Below, piece by piece: positions 42,284 through 51,768 of a stretch of DNA of 64,000 nucleotides. Within the stretch, counting starts at the first letter, position 1; each line of letters opens with the position of its first letter. The notes under the pieces were generated by a model. It saw only the letters and a list, made by a program, of their open reading frames with translations, did not search any database and had not been told where the DNA came from. The translations under genes and the position numbers were made by a program. Where the stretch lies: the NCBI GenBank assembly GCA_044229975.1, contig JBGARZ010000007.1:288001-352000 (forward strand). The letters run 5' to 3'. Source of the stretch: Polyangiales bacterium (lineage in GTDB: Bacteria; Myxococcota_A; Polyangia; Polyangiales; Ga0077539).

Positions 42284-43450
42284 ATGACGGCGCAGCTCTT
42301 GTCGGTCGAGGTTCCGTTCAGCAGTACTGCCCTCAAGCTGGGGTCGTCGGTGGGCGGTCCCGGGGCGAGCCTCCAGACGGCGGGTGACGTGCTCCTCGAC
42401 TGCGTCGGGGTGATGGACATCCAATCGGCGGCCGCGTTTGTCGGGCAGACCAGCGCCGCGATGTCGATGCTGTCGGCGGCGATCCAGAAGATCCACTCGC
42501 AGGCGAAGGTCGAGCTCTTCGCGGGCGGTGGCATCTCGCCGAGCGCGTGCGGCCCGTCGGGCCCCGTGTCGGCGCCCGACCATGGTCCTCCGGGTGCTGC
42601 CTCGGAGAAGGTGACCGGCCTGGCGACGGCGGCGCTCTCGGCGACCAGCGCGAGCTACGGGTTGAAGGACGCGTTTTCGCCCAACCTCGCCATCGAAGCG
42701 GCGGGGAAGGGCGCCAAGGTCATCGCCGTCGCGGTTGGTGGTATCGCGGCGGTTGGTGGTGTGAGCGCGATCGGCAACGCGGCCTCCGGGTCGGGCTCCG
42801 GCGGAGCGGCGGCACCCGCAGGGGCGGGGGCAGGTGCAGGGGCGGGCGGAGCGAGCAGCTCGGGCGAAGGCGGATCGCACGGAGCGAGCAGCGGCAGTGG
42901 CGGGGGCGGCGGCGGTGGGACGCACATCGAGGAGCGCGCGTCGGCCAACATCAAGATGGTCGCGGGGAAGAAGATCTCGGGCATCGCTCCGGCCATGATC
43001 AGCTCGAAGACCCTGGGGAAGTTCGAGGTGAAGGCGCTGCTGGTGACCGACTTCACCACGGTGCTGTTCACCAACTTCGCGCTGGCGAAGTTCGAGGTGA
43101 AGGCGCTCGATGCCTTCAAGACGGTGTCGGGGAAATTCGAGGTCGAGGCCGACGTCGCGGTGGACATCAAGACCAAGGACTTCAAGGGCAAGGCCCCGGC
43201 CGTCACGATGGACGGCCACACCAAGGTCACGAAGGTGACCGACGTGAAGGGCAAGACGACGCTGAAGGACGACCTGGAGGTCGAGCGCAACGCCCTCATG
43301 AAGGACAAGCTCACCGTGAAGAAGAAGGTCGAGGTGAAGGGCACCCTCACGGTGAAGAAGAACACCAAGGTCACCTCGACGGCCACCATCGACGGCGACG
43401 TGAAGACCAAGACCGTGACCTTCAAGTCGCGAGTGACCTTCGGGCTCTAA
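42284..43450 (+). CDS. VgrG C-terminal spike-like protein, paralog A
   Basis: GGAGG SD; SVEVPFSSTALKLG, FAGGGISP and IEERA..IKMVAG; K/V/T-rich alternating beta-strand repeats at the C-terminus. Confidence 0.7.
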   Translation: MTAQLLSVEVPFSSTALKLGSSVGGPGASLQTAGDVLLDCVGVMDIQSAAAFVGQTSAAMSMLSAAIQKIHSQAKVELFAGGGISPSACGPSGPVSAPDHGPPGAASEKVTGLATAALSATSASYGLKDAFSPNLAIEAAGKGAKVIAVAVGGIAAVGGVSAIGNAASGSGSGGAAAPAGAGAGAGAGGASSSGEGGSHGASSGSGGGGGGGTHIEERASANIKMVAGKKISGIAPAMISSKTLGKFEVKALLVTDFTTVLFTNFALAKFEVKALDAFKTVSGKFEVEADVAVDIKTKDFKGKAPAVTMDGHTKVTKVTDVKGKTTLKDDLEVERNALMKDKLTVKKKVEVKGTLTVKKNTKVTSTATIDGDVKTKTVTFKSRVTFGL

Positions 43451-43474
43451 GGGCCACCACCAGAGGGAGAGCCG

Positions 43475-44617
43475 ATGACCACGCCGCAGACCTTTGCTGT
43501 CACTGTTCCGCACGCGTCGAGCCAGCTCGCGCTGGGGCGCTGCGCCTGCCCCGACGGGGCCTCGCTCACCACCGTCGGGAGCGTGCTCGCCGACGCCGCC
43601 GGAACGCTCACCGCGCAGTGCGACGGGGCGTTTCTGGCGCAGACCAACGCGGCCATGTCGTGGCTCTCGACGGCCGGGACGCAGGTTCACACGGCCGCGG
43701 GGATCACCGTCTACGCGGGCGGCGGCGTGGCGCCGGGCGCGGCCGGGGGAGGGGTTCCGGCGAGCTCGCCGGGGTCGTCGAAGCCAGGGGCGGTGACCGA
43801 GAAGGTGGTCAACCTCACGCTCATCGGGGCCAACCTCGCGCGCAACGCCGTCGACGCGGCGGGCGCGGAGTCGGCGGTCGGGGTCGCGGCGCAGGTCCTC
43901 GACGCGGCGAAGAACGTGACCGCGGCCACCGCGGAGGTCGGCGCTGGGGGGGCGAAGCTCTCGGCGGCGACGGAGATGACGGGCGGCGCTCTCACCCTGG
44001 CGGAGGGCATGGCGAAGGGTGACCTCGCGGGCGTGGTCGTAGGGGCCGCGGGCATGGCGAGCGGCGCGTCGGGCGTGGCGAGCGGGTCGGACATCGAGCA
44101 GCGCGCGGTCAACGAGATCAAGATGGTGGCGGGCACCATGATCACGGGCTCGGCGACCGTGGGCTACGACTACAAGACGCTCAACAAGTTCGGCGTGACG
44201 GCGGGGGCGCTCACGAGCTTCACGACGACGGTGTGGGGAGCGTTCTGTCTGTTGAAATTCGAGGTGAAGGCCGGGGCCGCGGTGAAGGTGAAGACCAAGC
44301 TGGTGACGGTCAACGCGACGGTGTCGGCGACCATGGACGCGAAGACCGCGCTGAAGGTGATCAGCCCGAAGATCGAGTACGTGAGCAAGCTCGAGGTGAG
44401 CAAGACGCTGAAGGTCGTGAAGAAGACCAAGGTCAACAGCCTCGAAGTGAAGAAGAAGTCCGACCTCGACGGCACCCTCACGGTCGACAAGAACATGACC
44501 ATCGAGATGAACCTCGCGGTGAAGAAGAACCTCGACGCCAAGAAGGACGCCAAGGTGACGAAGGCCACCACGGCGAAGGGCGCGGCCACGGTGAGCGGCA
44601 AGACGAAGGTCGCCTGA
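43475..44617 (+). CDS. VgrG C-terminal spike-like protein, paralog B
   Basis: AVTVPHASSQLALG, YAGGGVAP and IEQRA..IKMVAG; K/V-rich beta repeats. Confidence 0.7.
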   Translation: MTTPQTFAVTVPHASSQLALGRCACPDGASLTTVGSVLADAAGTLTAQCDGAFLAQTNAAMSWLSTAGTQVHTAAGITVYAGGGVAPGAAGGGVPASSPGSSKPGAVTEKVVNLTLIGANLARNAVDAAGAESAVGVAAQVLDAAKNVTAATAEVGAGGAKLSAATEMTGGALTLAEGMAKGDLAGVVVGAAGMASGASGVASGSDIEQRAVNEIKMVAGTMITGSATVGYDYKTLNKFGVTAGALTSFTTTVWGAFCLLKFEVKAGAAVKVKTKLVTVNATVSATMDAKTALKVISPKIEYVSKLEVSKTLKVVKKTKVNSLEVKKKSDLDGTLTVDKNMTIEMNLAVKKNLDAKKDAKVTKATTAKGAATVSGKTKVA

Positions 44618-44630
44618 GGGAGCCCCTGCG

Positions 44631-46199
44631 ATGCCCAACAACAACATCACGGGTGAGCTCAACAACACCGACCCGGTCTGCCTGCCCGGGGTGGACAACC
44701 AGGGCGCGACGGTCGAGTCGGACAGTGATCTCAGCGACGGGATGATGTGCGCGACCGGGTACGTGGACGTCGCGAAGTTTCCCGCGACCGCGCCCGGCAT
44801 CGATGAGCAGAAGAAGGCCGCCAACGCGCGGGCGGCGAAGTCTCCGAAGGGCGACGACGCGACGGCGCAGACGTACCGGGCAGAGGTTCCGTTTTCGGGG
44901 ACGGCGTTGCAGCTCGGGTCGGGCAGCTCGGCGGGCGGCGCGGGCGCGGCGCTCACCACCGGCGGCAACGTCTTCGTTGGCGCGACGGGCAAGATCACCA
45001 TGCAGTCGCTCGCGGCCTTCACGGGTCAGACGACGGCGACGATGGGGCTCTACGCGGGGGCCGGGGTGACGGCGCACTCGCAGGACAAGTTCGAGATCTA
45101 CGCGGGCGGCGGCGTGGCGCCGGGCAAGTGCGGGAGCGGCGGTCCGGCGGGGAGCGCGGGGACGACCAAGCCCGCCGAGGCGGCCGAGAAGTGGACCAAC
45201 GTCGGCTGCAACGCCCTCGGCGTGGTGAAGGGCCTCAACGACATGAGGAACGCCAACACCTGGTGGAAGGGCACCGCGTCGGACAAGGTGACGATGCTCA
45301 AGGGCGCCACGGACGCGTTGGGCAAGGGCACGCAGGCGGTCATGGGCGGCATCGGCACCGACAAGGACACGTTGAAGACCACGTCGAAGGTGGCCGACAC
45401 GACGTCGGGCGTGCTCAACGTGATCGGCGGCCTCACGAAGCTCAAGGAAGACCCCGTGGGGGCCGCGTCGAGCATCGTGTCCGGCATCGGCGGCGTCTCG
45501 GGCGCTTTCGGCGGGTCGCAGTTGATGAACTCCGACGGTCCCGTCGCGGGTAGCGATGGCGCGACGGACAGCGTCCCCGGCAACAAGGAGAAGAAGGCCA
45601 AGGCGAAGGCCGCGGGCGGCGGCGGCGGCGGTGGCGCTGGCGGCGGTGGTGGGCCGTTGGACATCGAGAAGCGCGCGGCGACGAAGATCCACCAGTGCTG
45701 CCCCTTGAAGATCTCGGGCAACGCCCCGGAGGGCATCGACTGGAAGGTGGGCGGCGCCTACCTGGTCAACGCCGTCGCGCTGGTGGACTTCCAGACGACC
45801 AACTGGGGTGCGTTTGCGGCGGCGATCTTCAAGGTGCGCGCGGTGGCGCTGGTCGACGTGAAGTGCCGACGCTTCGAGATGAAGGCGGTGGGCACTGGCA
45901 CCGTGAAGACCGTGTCGACGACCATCACGGCGTCGACGCTGAGCCTGCTCGACGGGGTGACGGACGTGACCGAGACGCTCACGGTGCTCAAGCACACGAC
46001 GCTGCACGACGAGCTGCACTGCGACAACGGCGGCAAGGCGAGCCTCGTGAAGGGCAACCTCACGGTGAAGAAGGACACCACCCACCAGGACGACGCCAAG
46101 ATCTACAAGACGTTCACGGTGAAGGACAGCATCACGATCAACGGTCGGTACGTGTCCAAGAGTCAGTTGAAGGCGGCCAGCGAGGGCAAGTTCGGCTGA
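44631..46199 (+). CDS. VgrG C-terminal spike-like protein, paralog C (N-terminal extension)
   Basis: DDATAQTYRAEVPFSGTALQLG, YAGGGVAP and IEKRA; K/V/T-rich beta repeats. Confidence 0.7.
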   Translation: MPNNNITGELNNTDPVCLPGVDNQGATVESDSDLSDGMMCATGYVDVAKFPATAPGIDEQKKAANARAAKSPKGDDATAQTYRAEVPFSGTALQLGSGSSAGGAGAALTTGGNVFVGATGKITMQSLAAFTGQTTATMGLYAGAGVTAHSQDKFEIYAGGGVAPGKCGSGGPAGSAGTTKPAEAAEKWTNVGCNALGVVKGLNDMRNANTWWKGTASDKVTMLKGATDALGKGTQAVMGGIGTDKDTLKTTSKVADTTSGVLNVIGGLTKLKEDPVGAASSIVSGIGGVSGAFGGSQLMNSDGPVAGSDGATDSVPGNKEKKAKAKAAGGGGGGGAGGGGGPLDIEKRAATKIHQCCPLKISGNAPEGIDWKVGGAYLVNAVALVDFQTTNWGAFAAAIFKVRAVALVDVKCRRFEMKAVGTGTVKTVSTTITASTLSLLDGVTDVTETLTVLKHTTLHDELHCDNGGKASLVKGNLTVKKDTTHQDDAKIYKTFTVKDSITINGRYVSKSQLKAASEGKFG

Positions 46200-46220
46200 C
46201 GCCCGACGACTGCAATTCCG

Positions 46221-48146
46221 ATGAGCGACATCACCACCGTCGAGGCCCTGGAGGCCGCCCTCGCGACCGGATCTCTCTCGGGCGCGCGCGTCCGCAATCT
46301 CACCGTGGAAGACCTCTCCTTCGAGGGCGTGACGCTCACCGCGGTGGCCTTCCTCGGGTGCGTCTTTCGGCGGCTGTCGCTGTCGCAGTCGTCGCTGACG
46401 GCGGTGGCCTTCCACGGCTGCCAGTGGGACGACTGCGCGTGGACGGAGCTCAGCGTCACGGGCGCCCTCTTCGCGGCGGGCGAGGGGGGCGAGGCGTCGT
46501 ACTTCGTGGGCACGCGCTTCGAGAGCTGGAGCGGCGAGAAGCTGACCTTCGAGACGTGCAGCTTCGAGGGTTCGACGCTGGCCGAGGCGGGGCTCAGCGA
46601 GGTGCGCTTCGCGGGCTGCGCGCTGCGCGACGTGGTGTGGCGCGAGGTGTCGCTGTCGGAGTTCTCGCTGGAGGCCGTGACCGTCGAGCGGGGGCAGTGG
46701 CTGGAGACGCGGCTCGAAGGCGGCGAGCTGGTGCGCTGCGAGCTGCACGCGCTCAGCGCGCCGGGTCTGGGCATCGAGGACACACGCTTCGATCACGTCG
46801 AGTGGGCGGGCGCCGACCTGACGGGCGCGAGGCTCGCGGGGCTCTCGTTTGCGGGCGTGGTGTCGATGCCCGCGACGCTTGACGGGGCGGTGCTCACGAG
46901 CGCCGACCTCACGGGCTGCGACCTGACGGGTGTCGCTCTCCGCGGGGCTGATCTGTCGGAGGCGGTGCTGGCGCGCGCGGTCTTCGACACGGCCGACCTG
47001 ACGGGCGCCGACCTCACGAGCGCGATGGCGGCGGGCGCGTCGTTCCAGGCGGCGATCGTTCGAGGGGCGAACTTCTCCAGCGCGGTGCTCCAGGGCGTCG
47101 ACCTGCGGGCGCGCGACGCGGAGTCGGTGGTGTTCTCGGGGGCCGACCTGCGGGCGAGCGACGTGCGCTACGCCGAGTTCAACGGGTGCCTCTTCGACGG
47201 GTCGCTGTGGGCCGAGGCGCGCACCGGGCGGGCGTCGTTTCGAGGGTGCAGCTTCGAGGGTGCGACGCTGGAGGGCGCCGTCTTCGACGGGTGCGCGCTG
47301 ACGGACTCGTCGCTCGCCGCGGCGCGCGCGGCCGGGGCGTCGTTGCGCGGGTGCGACCTGAGCGAGGTCGACGCGAGCGGAGCGCAGCTCGCGGGTGCGT
47401 TGCTCGCGGGTGCGCGATTGCATGACGCGGTGCTGACGGACGCCGACCTCACGGGGGCCGACCTCACGGGGGCGCAGCTCTATCGCAGCGACCTCGCGGG
47501 GGCGCGGCTCGCGGGCGCGGTGCTCCTGGGCGCCGACCTCACGCGGGTGGACGCGCGCGGGCTGCACCTGGGCGACTGTCGCATCGACCGCGCGACGGTG
47601 TGGGAGGGGGCCGACCTGCGGGGCGCGGCGGCGGTGGGGATGGACTTCCGCGGCGCCAACCTGCGCGACCTCGACGGGCGCGGCGGTGACTTCACCGGGT
47701 GCCGCTTCGACGAGGCGGTGGCGGAGGGCGCGACGCTGCACGAAGCGAAGCTCACGGGCTCGTCGTGGGTGAAGACGAAGGCGCGCGGGGCGGAGTTCGA
47801 CGGGGCCAACCTCGACGCGAGCGACCTGCGCGGGGCCGACCTGCGCGCGGCGACGATGGTGGGCGCGAGCGCGCTGCGGGCGCTGTTCACGAAGGCCGAC
47901 CTCGACCGCGCGCGGCTGGTGAAGTGCGACCTGCGCGAGGCCAACCTGGCGCTGTGCACGATGCGGTACTGCGACCTCTCGCACGCGAAGCTCGACCGGG
48001 CGGACTGCACCCACGCCGACCTCACGGGGTCGCTGCTGCATCGCACGACGGAGCTGGAGACGAAGTGGTTCGACGCGACGCTGGACGAGGTCGGGCGCAC
48101 CGACCCGAAGCTCGCCGCGGGCGAGGACTTCGTCCCGACGCGGTAG
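46221..48146 (+). CDS. long pentapeptide-repeat protein
   Basis: Almost the whole 641 aa consists of ADLTG/A.F.. pentapeptide repeats. Confidence 0.92.
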   Translation: MSDITTVEALEAALATGSLSGARVRNLTVEDLSFEGVTLTAVAFLGCVFRRLSLSQSSLTAVAFHGCQWDDCAWTELSVTGALFAAGEGGEASYFVGTRFESWSGEKLTFETCSFEGSTLAEAGLSEVRFAGCALRDVVWREVSLSEFSLEAVTVERGQWLETRLEGGELVRCELHALSAPGLGIEDTRFDHVEWAGADLTGARLAGLSFAGVVSMPATLDGAVLTSADLTGCDLTGVALRGADLSEAVLARAVFDTADLTGADLTSAMAAGASFQAAIVRGANFSSAVLQGVDLRARDAESVVFSGADLRASDVRYAEFNGCLFDGSLWAEARTGRASFRGCSFEGATLEGAVFDGCALTDSSLAAARAAGASLRGCDLSEVDASGAQLAGALLAGARLHDAVLTDADLTGADLTGAQLYRSDLAGARLAGAVLLGADLTRVDARGLHLGDCRIDRATVWEGADLRGAAAVGMDFRGANLRDLDGRGGDFTGCRFDEAVAEGATLHEAKLTGSSWVKTKARGAEFDGANLDASDLRGADLRAATMVGASALRALFTKADLDRARLVKCDLREANLALCTMRYCDLSHAKLDRADCTHADLTGSLLHRTTELETKWFDATLDEVGRTDPKLAAGEDFVPTR

Positions 48147-48167
48147 GCGGTCGAGCGGCCGGCGCGC

Positions 48168-49208
48168 TCAGCTCAACGTCGCGCCCGCGCGGTACGTCGA
48201 CGGCGACCGGCCGGTCCAGCGGCGGAACGCTCGCGTGAAGGCGGTCGACTGACCAAACCCGAGGTCGTGGGAGATCTGCTTCAGCGAGCGCGTGCGGTCG
48301 CCGATCCAGAGCAGCGCGAGCTCACGTCGCGCCTCATCCAACAGGTCCTGAAACGACGTCCCCGCGTCGCCCAGCGCGCGCTGGAGCGATCGCACGCTGA
48401 GGGCCATCCCAGAGGCGACGCTCGTCACCGACGGCGACGCGCCCTCCTTGAGCACCCGCTTGAGCTCGGCGCGCACGCGCTCTTCGATCTGGGGCCGCGA
48501 CGCGACCCGCTCCTTCCGGTCGACGAGATGGGCCTCCATCAGGTTGGCGAGCGCGGGGTTGGCGCTGCGCAACGGAGCGGTGAGGTACGACTCGTCGAAG
48601 GTCACGCAGTCCTCCGCGGCGGAGAACGACGGCACCGTGCCCAGCACGCGCGCGTGCTCCGCGAGGTCCGCCGGGGCCGAGTGGCGGAAGCACACACTCC
48701 GCGCAACAAACGGCCGATCGATGAGCGTCCGCGCCCGCAGAAACCAGACCGCGACCGCGAACTCGCAGAAGTGACGCGGCACCCGCGACGTCGAGTGAAA
48801 CACCACCCACACCCGCGCCTCGCCCTGCTCCACCGCCAGCCGGATCTCCGCGCCGTCGTGTTGGAGCCGCAGGTGACGCATCATGCGCTCCAGCCCGTCG
48901 CGCATCGTCGGCGCGCTCGTCACCGCGAAGTCGTACGCGTCGAACATGGCGTCCTGCATCGCCTCGGCGGCGTGCAGTCCGAAGTGCGGGTCCCCCAGGT
49001 GTTCGGCGACGCGGTCCCACGCGCGATAGGTGAGCTCCGCCGATACGCGCGCCTCGGGGTCGGCCAGCGTCTCCAGGTCGACCCCGATCAGCGCCGCGGC
49101 CTCGGTGAGTTCGAGGCCCGCGTTGGCGGCCACCAGGACGCAGCCACGCAAGGCGTTGACGCAGACGTTGGGCGCGTACGGGGTCGAGCGGGTCGAGGGG
49201 TTGGACAT
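48168..49208 (-). CDS. AraC family transcriptional regulator
   Basis: LADPEARVS and GDPHFGL N-terminal domain; SVRSLQRAL and LGFGQSTAFTRAFRRWTGRSPS HTH. Confidence 0.92.
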   Translation of the reverse strand: MSNPSTRSTPYAPNVCVNALRGCVLVAANAGLELTEAAALIGVDLETLADPEARVSAELTYRAWDRVAEHLGDPHFGLHAAEAMQDAMFDAYDFAVTSAPTMRDGLERMMRHLRLQHDGAEIRLAVEQGEARVWVVFHSTSRVPRHFCEFAVAVWFLRARTLIDRPFVARSVCFRHSAPADLAEHARVLGTVPSFSAAEDCVTFDESYLTAPLRSANPALANLMEAHLVDRKERVASRPQIEERVRAELKRVLKEGASPSVTSVASGMALSVRSLQRALGDAGTSFQDLLDEARRELALLWIGDRTRSLKQISHDLGFGQSTAFTRAFRRWTGRSPSTYRAGATLS

Positions 49209-49403
49209 CGTCGGTAGCCTCGCGAGGTGCGGTGCCTCTGGCGCGTGGGGGTAGGTCGTGGGCGCCCCAGGGTAACGCCATCTCAGCGATGGCGCGGTAG
49301 CTGTGTCCGCCAGTCCTGGGACGGGCACTTCCCCTGCGTGATGGGCCAGGCGGGGGTGAGACGCCGCGTCGCAAACACGGAACAACCGACAAGGAGATCC
49401 CGC

Positions 49404-51719
49404 ATGACCAGCGTCTTGCAACACGGCTCGACAAGCGCCAACCCGCCTTCCGTCTTCATTCGACTTCTGGCGATTGCCTCAATGATCACGGCCGCCGCTG
49501 GGTGCAGTGACCCGGTGAGCGTCACCCCGACCGATGCAGGCACCGACGTCCCCGTCGCTCCGACCGACGCGCCCGTCGCCGATGCGCCCACCGACCAACC
49601 GCCTCCTGCCGACGCGCCATCCGCTGATGCGCCCATCTCTCCATTGAACTGTGGCGGTGTCGAGGTGCTCGACCTCAACGCGCTGGGCACCACGACCGAC
49701 GGCGTCCTCCGTTACACGGGCATGTCGCCCATGATGCAGGCGGCCGCAATGGTCCCGATGTGCACGGCGATGTTCAACGTCCCGCGCATCCTCCGGTACA
49801 CGGCGCCCGCCGCCGGTCGCGTGGCCTTCAGCACCGACAACATGGGGACCACCTTCGACACCACCCTGGCCGTGCTCACCGGCTGCCCGGGGCCGACGGC
49901 CACCTCCCTCGGGTGCGTCGACGACAACGGCGTCACCACGCGCCTCTCGTCCATCGTCCGTACCGAGCGTGCCCTCACCGCAGGCGAGAGCGTCTACGTC
50001 CTCGTCGGCGCCTTCGCCACGGGAGGCACCTTCGCCCTCTCCGTCACCGCGGTCAGTGAGGTCGCCGTCGGCGCGGCCTGCGACACCGATCGGGTGTGCG
50101 TGACCGGTGCGACCTGCATCACGCCCGCGGGCTCCACCGCCCGCTGCGTCGCCAACGGAACCTCCGGTGGCGCCTGCCGACCCGCGAGCGCCGGTGGCAC
50201 CCGCTGCGACGCGCCCCTGTCGTGCTCGGCCGCCGAGCGCTGCATCCCCACCATCGCCGCGGGCGCCGAGTGCGACGCCGCGGGCGCCGCCAACGTCTGC
50301 GTCGCCGGCACCTCGTGTCAGACCGCCGGCACCGCCCGCACCTGCGTGGCAGACGGCGCGCTCAACGGCCGCTGCCGCGCGACCGACAGCTCTTGCGACG
50401 CGGGCCTCGGGTGCGCGCGCGCCAGCAACCTCTGCCTCCCCGTGGTCGCGATCGGAGCCGCGTGCGACCTCGCGAGCAGCACCTCGGTCTGCATCACCGG
50501 ATCGTCGTGCCAGGGCTCGCCGGGTCTCTACCGCTGCGTGGCGGACGGCGTGCTGGGCGGGCAGTGCCGCGCGTCCATGGGCTGCGACACCGGCCTCGGT
50601 TGCAACGCCACCAACTACTGCGTCACGGGCATCGCCGCGGGTGCCACCTGCGACCCCTCGTCGTCCTCGTCGGTGTGCGTCTCCGGGAGCATCTGCGTGG
50701 GCTCGCCTGGCATGTATCGCTGCCAGCCTGACGGCGCCGTCGGTGGCCGCTGCCGCGCGGCGGTGCCCCGATGCGACACGGGCCTCGGCTGCGGAGCCGA
50801 CCGCTGCCTCCCGACCGTGGCCGCGGGCGCGGCGTGTGATCCGGCCCGCATGGCCAACGTGTGCGCCGACACGACGAGCTGCATCGCCGCGACGAGCGGC
50901 GCTGCGACCTGCGTGGCCGACGGCATCGCGGGCGGTCGTTGCCGCACGACGGCGATGCCCTGCGACACGGGCCTCGGCTGCGGCGCCGGCCAGCGCTGCA
51001 TCACGGCGGTCGCCATCGGCGCGACCTGCGACGCGACGGGTGTGACCAACGCCTGCGTGAGCCCGGCGCGATGCGTGGTGATGGGAACGTCCAAGGCGCG
51101 CACCTGCCAGCTCCCGAGCTACGTCGAGAGCGAGATCGCGTCGCCGACCTTCGTCGATGCGTGCACCGCGGACGCCACGCGCGTCACGTTCACGTCAATG
51201 GATGACGCCATCTCTGCGATGGTTCCGATCGGCTTCACGCTGCGCGCGTACGGCGCCGACTACACCGCGATGCTGGTCTCCACCAACGGGATGGTGGTGC
51301 TCGGCGATGCGGCGCTGCCGATGCCGCCGCCCTTCAGCACCGGGGGCGATCTCTTCCCCTGGGTCGGGGCACCGCGGCCGGTGTTCGCGCCCTTCTGGGA
51401 CGACCTCGTGCTCCGCACCGCTGGGAGCGTCTGCGTGCGCACCCTGGGCGCGGCGCCGTCGCGAACGACGGTGGTCGAGTGGTTCGACGCATCCCTCTAC
51501 CTCGGTGAGACGGCGCACCTGACCTTCGAGCTCGTCCTGCGCGAGGGCTCCAACCAGGTCGACTTCCTCTACCAGACGCTCACCCCTGGGATGGCGCCCG
51601 CCGCCCGACTGGAGGGCGGCTCCGCGGGCATCGGCGTGCAGGGCGCCATGGGCCTCGACGCCACCCGCCACGCGGCCGCCGTGAGCACCGCCCGCGGCAT
51701 CCGCTTCGCTCCGCGCTGA
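49404..51719 (+). CDS. Cys-rich repeat lipoprotein with C-terminal nidogen-like beta domain
   Basis: AAGGAG SD; lipobox AAGC; FDTTLAV (PPC-like); repeated C.ADG..GGRCR....CD.GLGC; C-terminal VSTNG...FAPFWDDL. Confidence 0.8.
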   Translation: MTSVLQHGSTSANPPSVFIRLLAIASMITAAAGCSDPVSVTPTDAGTDVPVAPTDAPVADAPTDQPPPADAPSADAPISPLNCGGVEVLDLNALGTTTDGVLRYTGMSPMMQAAAMVPMCTAMFNVPRILRYTAPAAGRVAFSTDNMGTTFDTTLAVLTGCPGPTATSLGCVDDNGVTTRLSSIVRTERALTAGESVYVLVGAFATGGTFALSVTAVSEVAVGAACDTDRVCVTGATCITPAGSTARCVANGTSGGACRPASAGGTRCDAPLSCSAAERCIPTIAAGAECDAAGAANVCVAGTSCQTAGTARTCVADGALNGRCRATDSSCDAGLGCARASNLCLPVVAIGAACDLASSTSVCITGSSCQGSPGLYRCVADGVLGGQCRASMGCDTGLGCNATNYCVTGIAAGATCDPSSSSSVCVSGSICVGSPGMYRCQPDGAVGGRCRAAVPRCDTGLGCGADRCLPTVAAGAACDPARMANVCADTTSCIAATSGAATCVADGIAGGRCRTTAMPCDTGLGCGAGQRCITAVAIGATCDATGVTNACVSPARCVVMGTSKARTCQLPSYVESEIASPTFVDACTADATRVTFTSMDDAISAMVPIGFTLRAYGADYTAMLVSTNGMVVLGDAALPMPPPFSTGGDLFPWVGAPRPVFAPFWDDLVLRTAGSVCVRTLGAAPSRTTVVEWFDASLYLGETAHLTFELVLREGSNQVDFLYQTLTPGMAPAARLEGGSAGIGVQGAMGLDATRHAAAVSTARGIRFAPR

Positions 51720-51736
51720 CACCCCCCCCACCGGCC

Positions 51737-51767
51737 AAACGCCGCGGGCTGCGACAGCTCCGCGGCG
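51737..51767 (-). terminator. terminator-like hairpin directly after the vgrG stop
   Basis: Stem CGCCGCGG/CCGCGGCG followed by TTT on the minus strand; lies between convergent genes. Confidence 0.55.
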
Positions 51768-51768
51768 G

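Noticed and set aside
44478..48041. 1187-aa antisense ORF, and similar long shadow ORFs at 31375-33957, 39216-41972, 41903-45022 and 55743-58061
   Set aside because: These are Arg/Ala/Pro-rich antisense or off-frame shadows of well-supported genes, as expected in high-GC DNA.
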